The notes beneath the pieces are model-generated. The model was not told the DNA's origin, made no database searches, and was given only the letters and a program-made list of their open reading frames with translations. 52,566 bases of DNA from a virus, in the IMG/VR virus record IMGVR_UViG_3300048588_000115, positions 1 to 52,566 of that record; one strand, 5' to 3'. Each line of letters begins with the position of its first letter. Position 1 is the first letter of the stretch. Below are positions 36,518 to 46,443 of this stretch, piece by piece. A program made the translations under genes and the position numbers.

Positions 36518-36928
36518 TTAGTCGTCGACAGCTTCGCCAGCGCCAACCACATAAAAGTCAATAATCACATAACCAGTACCACCAGCCGTGGAAGAACCAA
36601 CGGTATATGTGGAAGTGATTTTACGATCTTCAGTCTGTTTAACAAGAACATCAGAACCAGCCGATGTACCTGCATTTACAAGACCTACTTTTGTGGTTGC
36701 CATTGAAAATGCTGTAAGAATTGCGTCTGCATCAGAGCCAAGACCAACTGTAAATGAACCAACGTCCGTGGTTGCGTCTACAACCTGTAATACATGTACA
36801 CCGCTAATAACTGCATCTTTTGGAAGAACAGCTTTAGTGGTGCCAGCATCAGTACGCGCAATTGGAATTACAATAGTCTGCTCACTACGACGCTTTGGAT
36901 AGCTAAGATTCGGATTTGATACCGGCAT
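36518..36928 (-). CDS. beta-rich head-associated protein (decoration-like?)
   Basis: 136-codon ORF immediately after the capsid gene and before the terminator. Confidence 0.45.
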   Translation of the reverse strand: MPVSNPNLSYPKRRSEQTIVIPIARTDAGTTKAVLPKDAVISGVHVLQVVDATTDVGSFTVGLGSDADAILTAFSMATTKVGLVNAGTSAGSDVLVKQTEDRKITSTYTVGSSTAGGTGYVIIDFYVVGAGEAVDD

Positions 36929-36988
36929 TGCTTAATCTCCTTAAAATTGGGGGCGGGCGGTTGTTATATGCCTAAGCCCCCGTTAAAA

Positions 36989-37897
36989 TTAAGCGCCAGG
37001 AGAACCAAAAAGACCACGGGGATCGGTCCAACCGAAGCTGTAACGAGCCGTTGCCTTGAACTTAGCGTTCTCGGTATCAAAGTCGTTGTCCATATCGAAG
37101 CTATCAGCCCGACGTTCAAAATGCTTCATACCATGAGGCACATCAGTACGTAGGAACCAGGCATCACTATCGGTTAGATAATGGTTAACCACAACTTCAG
37201 GAACAAGACCCATAGCCTTCATGGCGTTCACGTCGTTGGTATCAGTACCAGGACGGCCATCAGGAGCAGTGATACGCTTGGCTTCAAAGATCAGTTGGCG
37301 AGGAATAATCAATGTCTTAGGACGGACAGAGATTAGCAGACCACGATCATTGGTAAAACCAGCAATATCGATGTGTGCTTGCTCAAGTGCAGCTTCGGAA
37401 AGGTCAGCAGCAGTTGCAAGCTCGTTGGCAAAAGTACCACCAGCAAACAGAGGATGGTTAGTAGCGCATAGTTCCTTACCGTCACCACCAGCGTAAGCTG
37501 CGGTGAAAGCGCGGTTGTATACGTTAGCAGCCACAATCTCCTTCGTCTGACGCATTGAGAATGCAAGACCTTGCGCTTTCCGTTGACCAACCACATCATA
37601 CAGATCGTCATCCATGATTTCACGAGTGATCATGAAACCAAGAGCATACACAACGTGTGAATAACGTGTGATGTATGCTTGACGCTCAGAATCGTAGCTG
37701 ATTGGAGAGCCTTCAGGCTTCACAACTGCTAGACCAAATCCGCTTACACCAACATCTTCTTCAAACGCGCGATTTGACTTGCTCGTTTCAAAAAGTTTGG
37801 TGTATTCAACCGGATACTCATTATAAGCCTTGCCGTACCAAGCATTGACGCCAGGCCATAGGGCTTTTGCAAAACTGGAACTATTGATAATAGACAT
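36989..37897 (-). CDS. major capsid protein (HK97-fold, gpT-like)
   Basis: 302 aa. The N-terminus SFAKALWPGVNAWYGKAYNEY and its position after the scaffold resemble Mu gpT-like capsid proteins as I recall them. A strong terminator lies downstream. Confidence 0.6.
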   Translation of the reverse strand: MSIINSSSFAKALWPGVNAWYGKAYNEYPVEYTKLFETSKSNRAFEEDVGVSGFGLAVVKPEGSPISYDSERQAYITRYSHVVYALGFMITREIMDDDLYDVVGQRKAQGLAFSMRQTKEIVAANVYNRAFTAAYAGGDGKELCATNHPLFAGGTFANELATAADLSEAALEQAHIDIAGFTNDRGLLISVRPKTLIIPRQLIFEAKRITAPDGRPGTDTNDVNAMKAMGLVPEVVVNHYLTDSDAWFLRTDVPHGMKHFERRADSFDMDNDFDTENAKFKATARYSFGWTDPRGLFGSPGA

Positions 37898-37907
37898 ACT
37901 TTACTCC

Positions 37908-38513
37908 TTATACACCTGCAAGACCAGCGGCATTAAACGCATGCGTATTAATACGTACCAGAAGTTCAGCGGGGCGTGAGGTTGAAGTTACATCATTATC
38001 AGGAGATGCAACCACACCAACGATTTGAACAGGATCAGTTGCAGTAGTAGCAACTTCTGAACTGTCAACCATCATTGCGGAGGCATACGGAGCGGTTGAG
38101 GAACCAGAACCAATCACCAGTGAGCAGTTCAAACCAACAGACGCGGCGGCCACAACACCACCAGTGCCGTCTTGTGGACAAGCAAAGATGAGGTCTGGAG
38201 AGTCCGCGACAAGTGCCACACGTCGCGTTGATGCAGCGCGATAGTTACCTGTATTAAGGTTACTATAGTCTACTTCAAAACCGACGATTGCACCAACAAT
38301 TGCCGATGACGTAGCGGAAGCCGCACGTTCAACAGCAGGATAAACACCACCAGCGGCGTCCACCAGAGCGTCGTTATCCGACAGAACAACCAGATCGCCA
38401 ACGTTAGTTACCTGAGAATCAGACGCACTAATCATATAACGATTAACCTGGCCGTTGAATGGGGAACCATTCATGTGTTTAACAGGGCGAAAGCCCATTA
38501 GAACAGATGCCAT
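37908..38513 (-). CDS. hypothetical head-module protein
   Basis: 201-codon ORF between the scaffold and capsid genes. Confidence 0.45.
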   Translation of the reverse strand: MASVLMGFRPVKHMNGSPFNGQVNRYMISASDSQVTNVGDLVVLSDNDALVDAAGGVYPAVERAASATSSAIVGAIVGFEVDYSNLNTGNYRAASTRRVALVADSPDLIFACPQDGTGGVVAAASVGLNCSLVIGSGSSTAPYASAMMVDSSEVATTATDPVQIVGVVASPDNDVTSTSRPAELLVRINTHAFNAAGLAGV

Positions 38514-38545
38514 TTTAAAACTCCAAAAATAGCTCCCCTAACAGA

Positions 38546-38956
38546 TTATTCGCGTGTAATTTCGAGTTTACCCGAACGTAAATCATTGTTAGCAAGAGCG
38601 TCCTTCTTAATAGATTGCTCTAAGTCATTGACCTGTGCTTGCTTGGCTAGTTGGTCTTCTTCATACCATTCCTTACGGATACGCATGACGTATGCCTTCG
38701 TGCCTTGCTTGTCAACAGATACCATAGCTTTTGAGCCTTCAGCGGATGAGTTATTTACTCGACGGTCGCCGACTTTTACGTCTTTGTTATCGACTAACTC
38801 ATAACCCGCCTCTTCAAATTGTTGAATACGGTCACCAACAGCATTTACAATACGGTATACATAGTTGGGATCTTTCCCTGATACAGTAAGAATGTTACGG
38901 CCATTGATGGGTGTCCGCTGCGGACGTTGAACTCGGGGTTGTGCTTCTCGTACCAT
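38546..38956 (-). CDS. hypothetical head-module protein
   Basis: 136-codon ORF. Confidence 0.45.
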   Translation of the reverse strand: MVREAQPRVQRPQRTPINGRNILTVSGKDPNYVYRIVNAVGDRIQQFEEAGYELVDNKDVKVGDRRVNNSSAEGSKAMVSVDKQGTKAYVMRIRKEWYEEDQLAKQAQVNDLEQSIKKDALANNDLRSGKLEITRE

Positions 38957-38958
38957 GA

Positions 38959-39741
38959 TTAACCTCGGATTTTCTTTAGTTCTTCGATGTACTGTTCTTT
39001 AGTCATTACACCTGTTGAAATAAATTTATTCATTACACGACGCTCGTCGTCACTCATTTGAAACTCGGCTTGCGGAGACTTTGTACTACGTGTACTTGCC
39101 TCAACTGCCCCTGCTCGATCCCTCTTAGGATTGGTAAGCTTATGTCGGAACTCATCCCGTACTTCGCGTGTAACACGCTGAAGAATTTCATCAGGTGAGT
39201 ATCCTTGACCTGCAAGATCAACACCAAGGCGATCTGCAAAAGCGGTCATTGCACGGTCTTTACCATACCATGTATTTTCTGAGGTCCAGCGAACAAACTC
39301 TGGACGCTGTGTTGCGGGTTCAGCAACATTAGTGGCTGCTACGTCTTGCTCAAACTGATCCTTCTGCTCTGTAATTTCATCAATTTTATCTTCGATGACC
39401 AAAGCCCGATCAGTCTCACCATCTGATAGTGCGCGTCGCTTTTCAGCTTTTAGAGCCGCTAGAGCACGATTATATTCCGCTTCTTTTACTTTTGAGTGAT
39501 GCTGTTTAAAGGCATCAAACGCTTGCTTCATTGCTCGAATTTCTTTTGATTGATGTTCAATCTTTTCAAACAATGGTTGACGCCGTACAAATTCTTTTGC
39601 GTCAATAAAGTCTTCAGGAGCACCAGACCACTCTTCTTCTGGTCGCCATCCTAGTTCCGTGGCACGTTCAACAAAAGGATCTACTTCAGTCTTTTGTTCT
39701 TGAGTGTCACTAATATCTTTCTTAAGATCAGTTTCGTCCAT
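38959..39741 (-). CDS. scaffolding protein
   Basis: 260 aa, highly charged and helical (E/K/R/D-rich), located between the portal and capsid genes. Confidence 0.55.
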   Translation of the reverse strand: MDETDLKKDISDTQEQKTEVDPFVERATELGWRPEEEWSGAPEDFIDAKEFVRRQPLFEKIEHQSKEIRAMKQAFDAFKQHHSKVKEAEYNRALAALKAEKRRALSDGETDRALVIEDKIDEITEQKDQFEQDVAATNVAEPATQRPEFVRWTSENTWYGKDRAMTAFADRLGVDLAGQGYSPDEILQRVTREVRDEFRHKLTNPKRDRAGAVEASTRSTKSPQAEFQMSDDERRVMNKFISTGVMTKEQYIEELKKIRG

Positions 39742-39742
39742 T

Positions 39743-40087
39743 TTATTCCTTATCTAAGACTGCTACAAAGTCTTCGTCATTTAACACAACGCACTCTTCT
39801 TTAGTATAGGGGTTTGTAACTAATTTACCAGAACCCTTAACATATGTGACAATATTACCAACTTCAATTGGAATATCAATGTTAAAGTCACGGAATGCGG
39901 TACTACCAATTGCAAGAACTTCTCCTACATCAACACTCAATGCCGCACGATTTTTATCGGCGCCAGTCGACTCGATTGGGGCTAATTCTAGGCCCATAGC
40001 TTTTGCTCGGCGTCGGCCATCATCCCAATCATCCACACTTAGTGGTTTTACAGCTACACGATGTAGTAAAACTTTAATAGTTTTCAT
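39743..40087 (-). CDS. GroES-like co-chaperonin
   Basis: MKTIKVLLHRVAVKPL parallels GroES MKIRPLHDRVIVK. Later GEVLAIGS and EVGNIVTY, with a C-terminus DEDFVAVLD. The ORF track starts at TTG 40111. Confidence 0.5.
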   Translation of the reverse strand: MKTIKVLLHRVAVKPLSVDDWDDGRRRAKAMGLELAPIESTGADKNRAALSVDVGEVLAIGSTAFRDFNIDIPIEVGNIVTYVKGSGKLVTNPYTKEECVVLNDEDFVAVLDKE

Positions 40088-40243
40088 CTTGTTCTGAAGA
40101 CTCCTCTTCAATTAATTCCATCGATAAGAAATCGTTTACAGCGGCAATATAACCGCAACGAAAACGATCCTCGGCGGGGTTTTGTCCCGCATAAAGCATA
40201 AGGTACGTTGTCAGTTCCTCTGCTCTATTCTTCCACCCTGAAA

Positions 40244-42328
40244 TTACTTCCCTGGTGCACGCCGACTCTTTCCAGTCGACCCATTGCTCTTTGGTTGCGA
40301 TTGTGCTTTCTCCTTGCTTTGTTGCATCGCCTGCCGATGCTGCATATCACGTTGTGTCACACCTTGAATTGCTTTTGCTTTTGCATCCGCCGCAAAGATT
40401 TCACTCATTTGGATTTTACTTGCTGCTTCAAGTTGTGCACTCTGTGCTTTATTCTGCATTTCTTGGGCATGGGACTGTTGTTCCATTACCATTTTTTGTT
40501 CTGCACTACGACCCTCTAATTCCATTTTTTGCTGTGTGGACTGAGCATCAAGCGCAGCTTTTTGTTGGTCAGTTTGTGCTTTTGCCTGAATTGCTTGTAG
40601 CTTTGGATCAGGCGGTGGCTGAAATTGACCAGTCTGTTGTACTTCATCACTGAATAGCTCTTGCCAATTAGGTTGTTCTTGCGCCTCAAGAACACGTGAT
40701 ACAACCTTAACAGGATTAAGCATACCAGTTTGTAGCAGCTCCATCAGCCCCTGTGCTTTCATTAAGCGCTCAGACTGAGAAATTGCATTAGGATCAGCCC
40801 CTGGGCAAATATCATATAATGTATCATCAAAGTCTGCTGTAGTGACTTCACCATCAATTACTGTTTGGTACTCTGAGTAATCTACATATATACGGTTTAA
40901 CTCATAAAGCTTTTTAAATTCTTCTGTAAGAGCACGATAAATACGCTTATAAACCGCTGTAAATACTTTCATGCCCTGCTCAACGGTAGCCATTGTCGTG
41001 GTAGCTGGCGTATTTTGTCCAGGCATTTTACCAGTAAAGATTTCAGCAACTGAGGCTAATTCTTTTCCAGAACCAACTAAAACTTCCATAAGCTTTAGTA
41101 ACACGGCTGATGGCTCTTTAGTAGGTAATGGGATAATTTGCTTTTTAAGATCATCACCAATAGCTCCGGTTAGTGCTTTCCACTCACCAGGTTTAAAAGT
41201 ATTATCACCCATCTTCATTTTCAAGCCCTTACCTAAGAAGCCTGATTGTAAATTATATAAGTGACCTGAATCTAAAAGCTGATTAATTAGTGTGTTAACA
41301 GACTCATTTAATGGGCCAAGTAAAACACCAAATCCGATATCATAAAAAGAACCATCTGGATTTGGAATAAAACCATATTTCGTATAGTACTGAATTGGTT
41401 CAATTTCTTGAATTTTGCCCTTATCAGTTACATATACACCATCTTCGTCAAATCGTGCCACGACACGTAGAATCTTTTTGCTATAACGTTCAAATGTGAC
41501 AATATAAGGTTCTGGATAACCATCACCATCTTTGTCAAAGTAGCAGTGCTGCTCAACAATAAAATATGGGAGTGTCTCATCCTGTCGTATAATTGCAGGC
41601 TCGCTACGCTCAATATGAGCTTGTGGTTCCCCTAGATTAACATCATCAAAGATTTCAGCCGCGATACGAGAGGCCATAACACGTTGTGGCATCATAATAA
41701 TCTCAGATACACGATCAGCGTCTTCAAGAGATTTCGACCAATAATTCACTACAACATTTTTGGCTGGAATTAATTCAGACACGAATGTTTGTCTTACTGA
41801 GTTCCAGTAAGTTTTCTTAAAGGCCATACCAACAATCGGCAGCATAATAAGAAGCTTATCCATGTCCTCTTCCCATCCAGTCATTTTACGAAGGACTTGA
41901 TAGGACATATAGGTACTTACACGGTCGGCCTTATTCTTTTTCTCACCAGTAGAATCTTGACCAATTACAACAGCTTTTACAATGCGACCATCAGATGGCA
42001 CTAATGCAGGATAAGAACGAGCATTAAACTGCATTGCAGCAGTTGATAGTAATGGATATTTAACGTTTGCTGCACCGGGCCACGGATATGTTTTGTTTTC
42101 AACAACCTGAAGTGCAAGTTTAGTCCAGTCGTCTGCCGCTTTTTCCCAATCTTTGCGTGATAACAAATCATGCTCAAAGCCACTAGCGACTTGCTCTGCT
42201 AATTGTGCCAGTTGATCTTTACTAAACTTGTTAGTTAGGTTAGTAAATTCAACCAACTCACGAATAGACTCAGTATCCGGTTGCGACTGATCGGCCATCG
42301 TTTCCGAGGTTTGCTCTGTTAAGTTCAT
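40244..42328 (-). CDS. portal protein (start uncertain; the ORF track gives 42373)
   Basis: About 700 aa, directly downstream of TerL, with a Q/K-rich C-terminal tail. The call rests on synteny and size. Confidence 0.6.
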   Translation of the reverse strand: MNLTEQTSETMADQSQPDTESIRELVEFTNLTNKFSKDQLAQLAEQVASGFEHDLLSRKDWEKAADDWTKLALQVVENKTYPWPGAANVKYPLLSTAAMQFNARSYPALVPSDGRIVKAVVIGQDSTGEKKNKADRVSTYMSYQVLRKMTGWEEDMDKLLIMLPIVGMAFKKTYWNSVRQTFVSELIPAKNVVVNYWSKSLEDADRVSEIIMMPQRVMASRIAAEIFDDVNLGEPQAHIERSEPAIIRQDETLPYFIVEQHCYFDKDGDGYPEPYIVTFERYSKKILRVVARFDEDGVYVTDKGKIQEIEPIQYYTKYGFIPNPDGSFYDIGFGVLLGPLNESVNTLINQLLDSGHLYNLQSGFLGKGLKMKMGDNTFKPGEWKALTGAIGDDLKKQIIPLPTKEPSAVLLKLMEVLVGSGKELASVAEIFTGKMPGQNTPATTTMATVEQGMKVFTAVYKRIYRALTEEFKKLYELNRIYVDYSEYQTVIDGEVTTADFDDTLYDICPGADPNAISQSERLMKAQGLMELLQTGMLNPVKVVSRVLEAQEQPNWQELFSDEVQQTGQFQPPPDPKLQAIQAKAQTDQQKAALDAQSTQQKMELEGRSAEQKMVMEQQSHAQEMQNKAQSAQLEAASKIQMSEIFAADAKAKAIQGVTQRDMQHRQAMQQSKEKAQSQPKSNGSTGKSRRAPGK

Positions 42329-43769
42329 CTTGGTAGATTTCTTCCTCTTCTTCAGCCTTTGTAGGCGCTTCAATTAATGAGTCCAGCATTAAGCCTAAAT
42401 AAGCAAATGCATCAACTTGGTCATCCTTAGTTCCACGAGGAAACTTACAAAGTTCATCCTCAAATATCGGATACCAGTCAGAACTTTTGTCAAACTTTAC
42501 AGCATGTGCTCTTACACGAGCTTGTATAGACTTTGCACGTGCAATTTTATCTTTTCCACCATGCTTTAATGGCATTAAATTCAGATAAGTGCCAGTTCGC
42601 ATCATTTCTTCACGCAAGAATGGGCCAATTGCCTTTGAAACCTGCATTTCTTCGATGCCAACTAATTCTGGTGAGTAAATTCGCTGCAAACTAAGTAGTG
42701 TGTCAACAATTTCTCGACCATCTAAGCGATCACGAATCACATTTTTGGTGTGAATAATCTTATTTTCGTCAACACCCGCAATTAAGAACACAGAATAATC
42801 AGCAGTTTCTTTTTCTGAGATAGCTAAGTCAGCAGTAATATAGTAATTTAGCTTAATGCGCTTATCTTCAGTAGTTTCTGAAATAAAATCACCACGCTTA
42901 AAGTAGGCAACTGACTCATCAATCGGGCGATTGCGATATTCCTGTGAATAAACGTCAGCTAAACCACGATCAATATAGTCTTGTCGTTCTGCAATAAACC
43001 ACTCTTTCGTATATCGTGTCGGCCATAGGATGCTGGTAAAGTCATCATTATGTGCATCATACTTGAATGCTTGCCAACTAGCTCGTTTATTACGGCTATA
43101 TATCTTTAAATCAGTTACAACAGTTTGTTTATCCCACTCTGATGGCATTAAATTGTTAAGTAGACTGTCTTCATGCAGAATTGTACCAACAATCCGAATT
43201 ACACCACTTTGTGATAATGACGGTACCAGAGCACCATAAAACCACCGCTTAAACTTTGAACGTCGTTCTGAGTTTAGAACAATTTCATCATTTTCTAAAT
43301 CGTCACCAACAATAAGATCAGGTCTCTTGTTATTCCATTTTAAGCCACGAAGCTTTTGTTCAGAGCCTTTAGCAGTTAAACGAAATTGATAACCATCTTC
43401 ACATGTGACGATTACGTCATCTTCTCTATCTTTTGCAAACTCTTTAATTTTAAAGAGTGTATTAATCCGTTCGTTATCCGCTAGTTCTTTGATGATATCA
43501 CCAAGAAACTGTGTTGCCTGTGTAATAGTATCTGAAACAATCAGAACATATTGACGATTACGAAACAGAACAGCAGCGAGTACGTATGCTAGTGTTACCG
43601 CCGTACTTTTAGCGTGACGACGCGGTGCAGCAATAGCTACTTTAGAGTGCTTAGAGCTACAAAGATCCCACCACTCATAGTGGCAATCAGGGGATTCGAC
43701 AGCTTCGTCATAATTCTTTTGTAATAAGCTACTACTAAATCCCGCAATAATATCAGCGGTTAATTCCAT
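42270..43769 (-). CDS. terL: terminase large subunit
   Basis: Walker A-like AAPRRHAKST, Walker B LIVGDDLEND, and a C-terminal nuclease-like region. Confidence 0.8.
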   Translation of the reverse strand: MELTADIIAGFSSSLLQKNYDEAVESPDCHYEWWDLCSSKHSKVAIAAPRRHAKSTAVTLAYVLAAVLFRNRQYVLIVSDTITQATQFLGDIIKELADNERINTLFKIKEFAKDREDDVIVTCEDGYQFRLTAKGSEQKLRGLKWNNKRPDLIVGDDLENDEIVLNSERRSKFKRWFYGALVPSLSQSGVIRIVGTILHEDSLLNNLMPSEWDKQTVVTDLKIYSRNKRASWQAFKYDAHNDDFTSILWPTRYTKEWFIAERQDYIDRGLADVYSQEYRNRPIDESVAYFKRGDFISETTEDKRIKLNYYITADLAISEKETADYSVFLIAGVDENKIIHTKNVIRDRLDGREIVDTLLSLQRIYSPELVGIEEMQVSKAIGPFLREEMMRTGTYLNLMPLKHGGKDKIARAKSIQARVRAHAVKFDKSSDWYPIFEDELCKFPRGTKDDQVDAFAYLGLMLDSLIEAPTKAEEEEEIYQDELNRANLGNDGRSVATGY

Positions 43770-45343
43770 TATTCAGTTAAATAAGTTGCTTTACCGTATG
43801 CACCAATGTGATTCTTCGACTGGAATCCACGGATATCACGGCGATATCCGAGGTCGGCACCATCAGTCAACAGCGGAGAGCCTGCGAGCGGCACGCCGGC
43901 TGCGTTGACGAGCGGGTCGTCTGTTGAGCTGCTTCCATGCAGCGTGTGGCCGCTGGCCGCCGCCATGTCGTAGAAGCGGTTGTTGCTCTCGCCTGTCCAC
44001 GTCACGCCGCTGGACACGGCTGCTCCTGGCCCGGTGAACAGGTTGGCCTCAACGATGTTGTCTGTGGCTGCGTCAGCCTGTAGGCGCACTCCTGCCACGG
44101 TGCAGCCCGAGAAGGTGTTGCGCACGGCATGCAAGCTCTGGTTCGGCGACCCTCCGGTGTCGTTATGAGACTGCGCTCCGATGTAGATGCCAACGGCTAC
44201 GTCGTGACCATAATTGGCTTCCACCACGCAGTCTGTGCTGTCAAGCACCATCGCAGCACAGCCACTGTTTGTGGCGCCTGTTTTTCCGGGGATGTTCCTG
44301 AACTTGTTGGCCTCGACAATTGTTCTTTGGTTTCCGTGGTCAAGCAGTACGCCGTTGCCGTCGATGGTTTCGGTGTATATGCCGTCCATTTCGTTGTGGT
44401 GGACCCAATACTCGCCAAAGAATAAGTTGAAACCGCCATACTGCCCATAGACATCGCGCAAGATGTTGTGAGCAATCTCATTCCGGCCGAATCCTGGCGT
44501 CGTGCTTGGCGCAAACCCGCGCACCACATTGCCACCAAGCAGCGAACTGCCGACAGCGAACCCGCAGTTCCGCTCGATGTTGTGCCTGATCTTCAGGCCC
44601 GTGTTCAGGCCGTAGGTATTGAAGGCGCTGTTGACCTCGATAGGGATGCCGGCGCACCCCTCGAACACGTTGTGTTCGATGACGAGGTCGGCAATCGTGC
44701 GCGCAGTGACGCCAGTGTCTGACCGAAGATGGATGATTGAACGCGGAGATTCGCACTGATGAAACCTGTTGCCCGTGATCGTTGCGCGCGTTAGCGTGAC
44801 TGTTGCACTTGCGGCCGTCACAAACTGGCTGATGAACCCCTGCGAGCCGCACTCCCCGTAGAAGTCACAGCCATCAATGACCAGATCTGTAAGCGTGTTT
44901 CCGTTTGCAACCGGCAGGGCGACAACTTGTGTGCTTCCATCTCCAGTAATGGAACAGCGTATCACCCGCGTGTAGTGTGCGCCGTTACCGATGTTCAGCG
45001 CCCGCCCGCCGTTTCCGATCAGAGCCATGCCGATAATGTCGGTGTACTGCCTGCTGCCGTTGTTCAGGTAGTAGCCGCCTGATGGAGTTGACGTAATCGT
45101 TCCCGGATCTGGGTCGAAGCTTCCATCAATGACGCACCGGGTGGCGCCGCTGTTACCTCCATGTGCCCCAATGGCGGCATTCGCTGAAAGCGTATGTGTT
45201 CCGCAGACCTTGAGGGTGTCGCCACCCACGACGCCAGCGCCGCCCCAGACGATCTCTGTCCATCCGCCCCACGCCGTCGCGTAGCTAGTGCCGTCGCGCG
45301 TCCCGGCATGTGATGTATCAGGTCTGACGTACCAAGTCCCCAT
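43769..45343 (-). CDS. right-handed parallel beta-helix protein (pectate-lyase-like, depolymerase candidate), GC-rich
   Basis: N-terminus WYVRPDTSHAGTRDGTSYATAW and repeated N-x-x-G / H-N-I-type beta-helix rungs (HNIERN, HNILRD, HHNEMDG, EANKFRN). Hand count of 44521-44580 gives 62% GC. TAATG coupling to terL. Confidence 0.6.
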   Translation of the reverse strand: MGTWYVRPDTSHAGTRDGTSYATAWGGWTEIVWGGAGVVGGDTLKVCGTHTLSANAAIGAHGGNSGATRCVIDGSFDPDPGTITSTPSGGYYLNNGSRQYTDIIGMALIGNGGRALNIGNGAHYTRVIRCSITGDGSTQVVALPVANGNTLTDLVIDGCDFYGECGSQGFISQFVTAASATVTLTRATITGNRFHQCESPRSIIHLRSDTGVTARTIADLVIEHNVFEGCAGIPIEVNSAFNTYGLNTGLKIRHNIERNCGFAVGSSLLGGNVVRGFAPSTTPGFGRNEIAHNILRDVYGQYGGFNLFFGEYWVHHNEMDGIYTETIDGNGVLLDHGNQRTIVEANKFRNIPGKTGATNSGCAAMVLDSTDCVVEANYGHDVAVGIYIGAQSHNDTGGSPNQSLHAVRNTFSGCTVAGVRLQADAATDNIVEANLFTGPGAAVSSGVTWTGESNNRFYDMAAASGHTLHGSSSTDDPLVNAAGVPLAGSPLLTDGADLGYRRDIRGFQSKNHIGAYGKATYLTE

Positions 45344-45344
45344 G

Positions 45345-45464
45345 TCAGGCCGCGCCGATGATTGGCGTCACGGGCCAATGGCCGGCGAACGTGTTGTAAG
45401 CGCTACCCAAGGACGTGCCGTCTCCATTGCTAGATGCCTGCGGATTGACGTACTGAAGTGCCAT
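45345..45464 (-). CDS. 39-codon GC-rich ORF resembling a beta-helix protein N-terminus (possible remnant)
   Basis: MALQYVNPQASSNGDGTSLGSAYNTF... parallels the WYVRPD...RDGTSYATAW of the next gene. TAATG coupling upstream and TGAcATG downstream. Confidence 0.4.
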   Translation of the reverse strand: MALQYVNPQASSNGDGTSLGSAYNTFAGHWPVTPIIGAA

Positions 45465-45955
45465 TATTCAACCATTACATCAATAGTAGCAGTGCCAGAA
45501 ATAACTACGTGACAACCAGTTGAATTAATACGACGGCCACCAGTACCTACACCAGCAGTAGCATGATCACCATCCCAGTAATAAGTACCAGTCGTGATAT
45601 TAGCCACTGTCATGATGGCTGTGCCAGTGGCACTAGTTGCATCATAGATCGTAACATCAGCAGTACCACCAGATTCAGAGCGAACTACGAATCCACGGAA
45701 TTCACAGGCACCACTAACAGCGGTGTCAGTTGCAGTTAACGTAACAACGGCGACAGCTTCAGATAAAGCATATACGCCACCATCACCATCAAGCAAATAA
45801 CCACTACTATTGATGGTACCAAGGACATTCCAAGATGTACCATCAGAATGGTATAAAGCCCCAGTATCTAACGCTTGGGCCAGTGCACCCTTGTTTGCAG
45901 TAGCATCAGGGAAATCAGCGAATGTGGCTTTAACGTATTTACCGGAGCGAATCAT
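45464..45955 (-). CDS. hypothetical beta-rich protein
   Basis: 163-codon ORF. Confidence 0.5.
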   Translation of the reverse strand: MIRSGKYVKATFADFPDATANKGALAQALDTGALYHSDGTSWNVLGTINSSGYLLDGDGGVYALSEAVAVVTLTATDTAVSGACEFRGFVVRSESGGTADVTIYDATSATGTAIMTVANITTGTYYWDGDHATAGVGTGGRRINSTGCHVVISGTATIDVMVE

Positions 45956-45958
45956 AAT

Positions 45959-46117
45959 TTACTTCTTTGCGTCTTCAGACTTGGCTGCTTGTTTAGCAGC
46001 TTCATCCATTGCAACACCTACAGCGGCGGCAGTGTTTGCATCTTTATTTGAAGCACCAGCAGCTTTAGCCTGCGTTCGTAAATTCAAATACATTAGGAAT
46101 GTGTTCCAAAAACTCAT
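45959..46117 (-). CDS. hypothetical small protein (52 aa)
   Basis: Hand-translated: MSFWNTFLMYLNLRTQAKAAGASNKDANTAAAVGVAMDEAAKQAAKSEDAKK. AAGGAAA RBS. Confidence 0.45.
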   Translation of the reverse strand: MSFWNTFLMYLNLRTQAKAAGASNKDANTAAAVGVAMDEAAKQAAKSEDAKK

Positions 46118-46120
46118 TAT

Positions 46121-46405
46121 TTATTTTCCTTTTCTTGACTTCTGATTTCGGAGAGAACCATCAGGATTACGACTAAAACTGCGATTGGCGCCACGATCAA
46201 CGACACGTAGATTAGATTTAGAAGTGGTTCCACCTTTTGATAAAGGTGTTTTATGGTCGACATCTTTTCCGTCTCCCTTATGTACCTTACCTTCTTTTTC
46301 CATTAATCGACGTGCTTTATTTTGTTCAACACGTTTCTTTACAACTTCTGGGCGGGAAGTGTACTTAGCAACTTCCTTCTTATAATCTCGTTCACCATTC
46401 TTCAT
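46121..46405 (-). CDS. small basic HNH-like protein
   Basis: DVDHKTPLSKGGTTSKSNLRVVDRGANRS resembles an HNH core (D-H...N...N). It lies in the terminase region. Confidence 0.5.
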   Translation of the reverse strand: MKNGERDYKKEVAKYTSRPEVVKKRVEQNKARRLMEKEGKVHKGDGKDVDHKTPLSKGGTTSKSNLRVVDRGANRSFSRNPDGSLRNQKSRKGK

Positions 46406-46443
46406 GTATGGGATTTTGTCATCTCCTTGTCACCCTTACGGCA

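Noticed and set aside
40074-40199. 41-codon minus-strand ORF (MLYAGQNPAEDRFRCGYIAAVNDFLSMELIEEESSEQDENY) between the portal and GroES-like genes
   Set aside because: It has a poor RBS (GAGGAA 15 nt upstream) and overlaps the GroES-like start. There is too little evidence to call it a gene.
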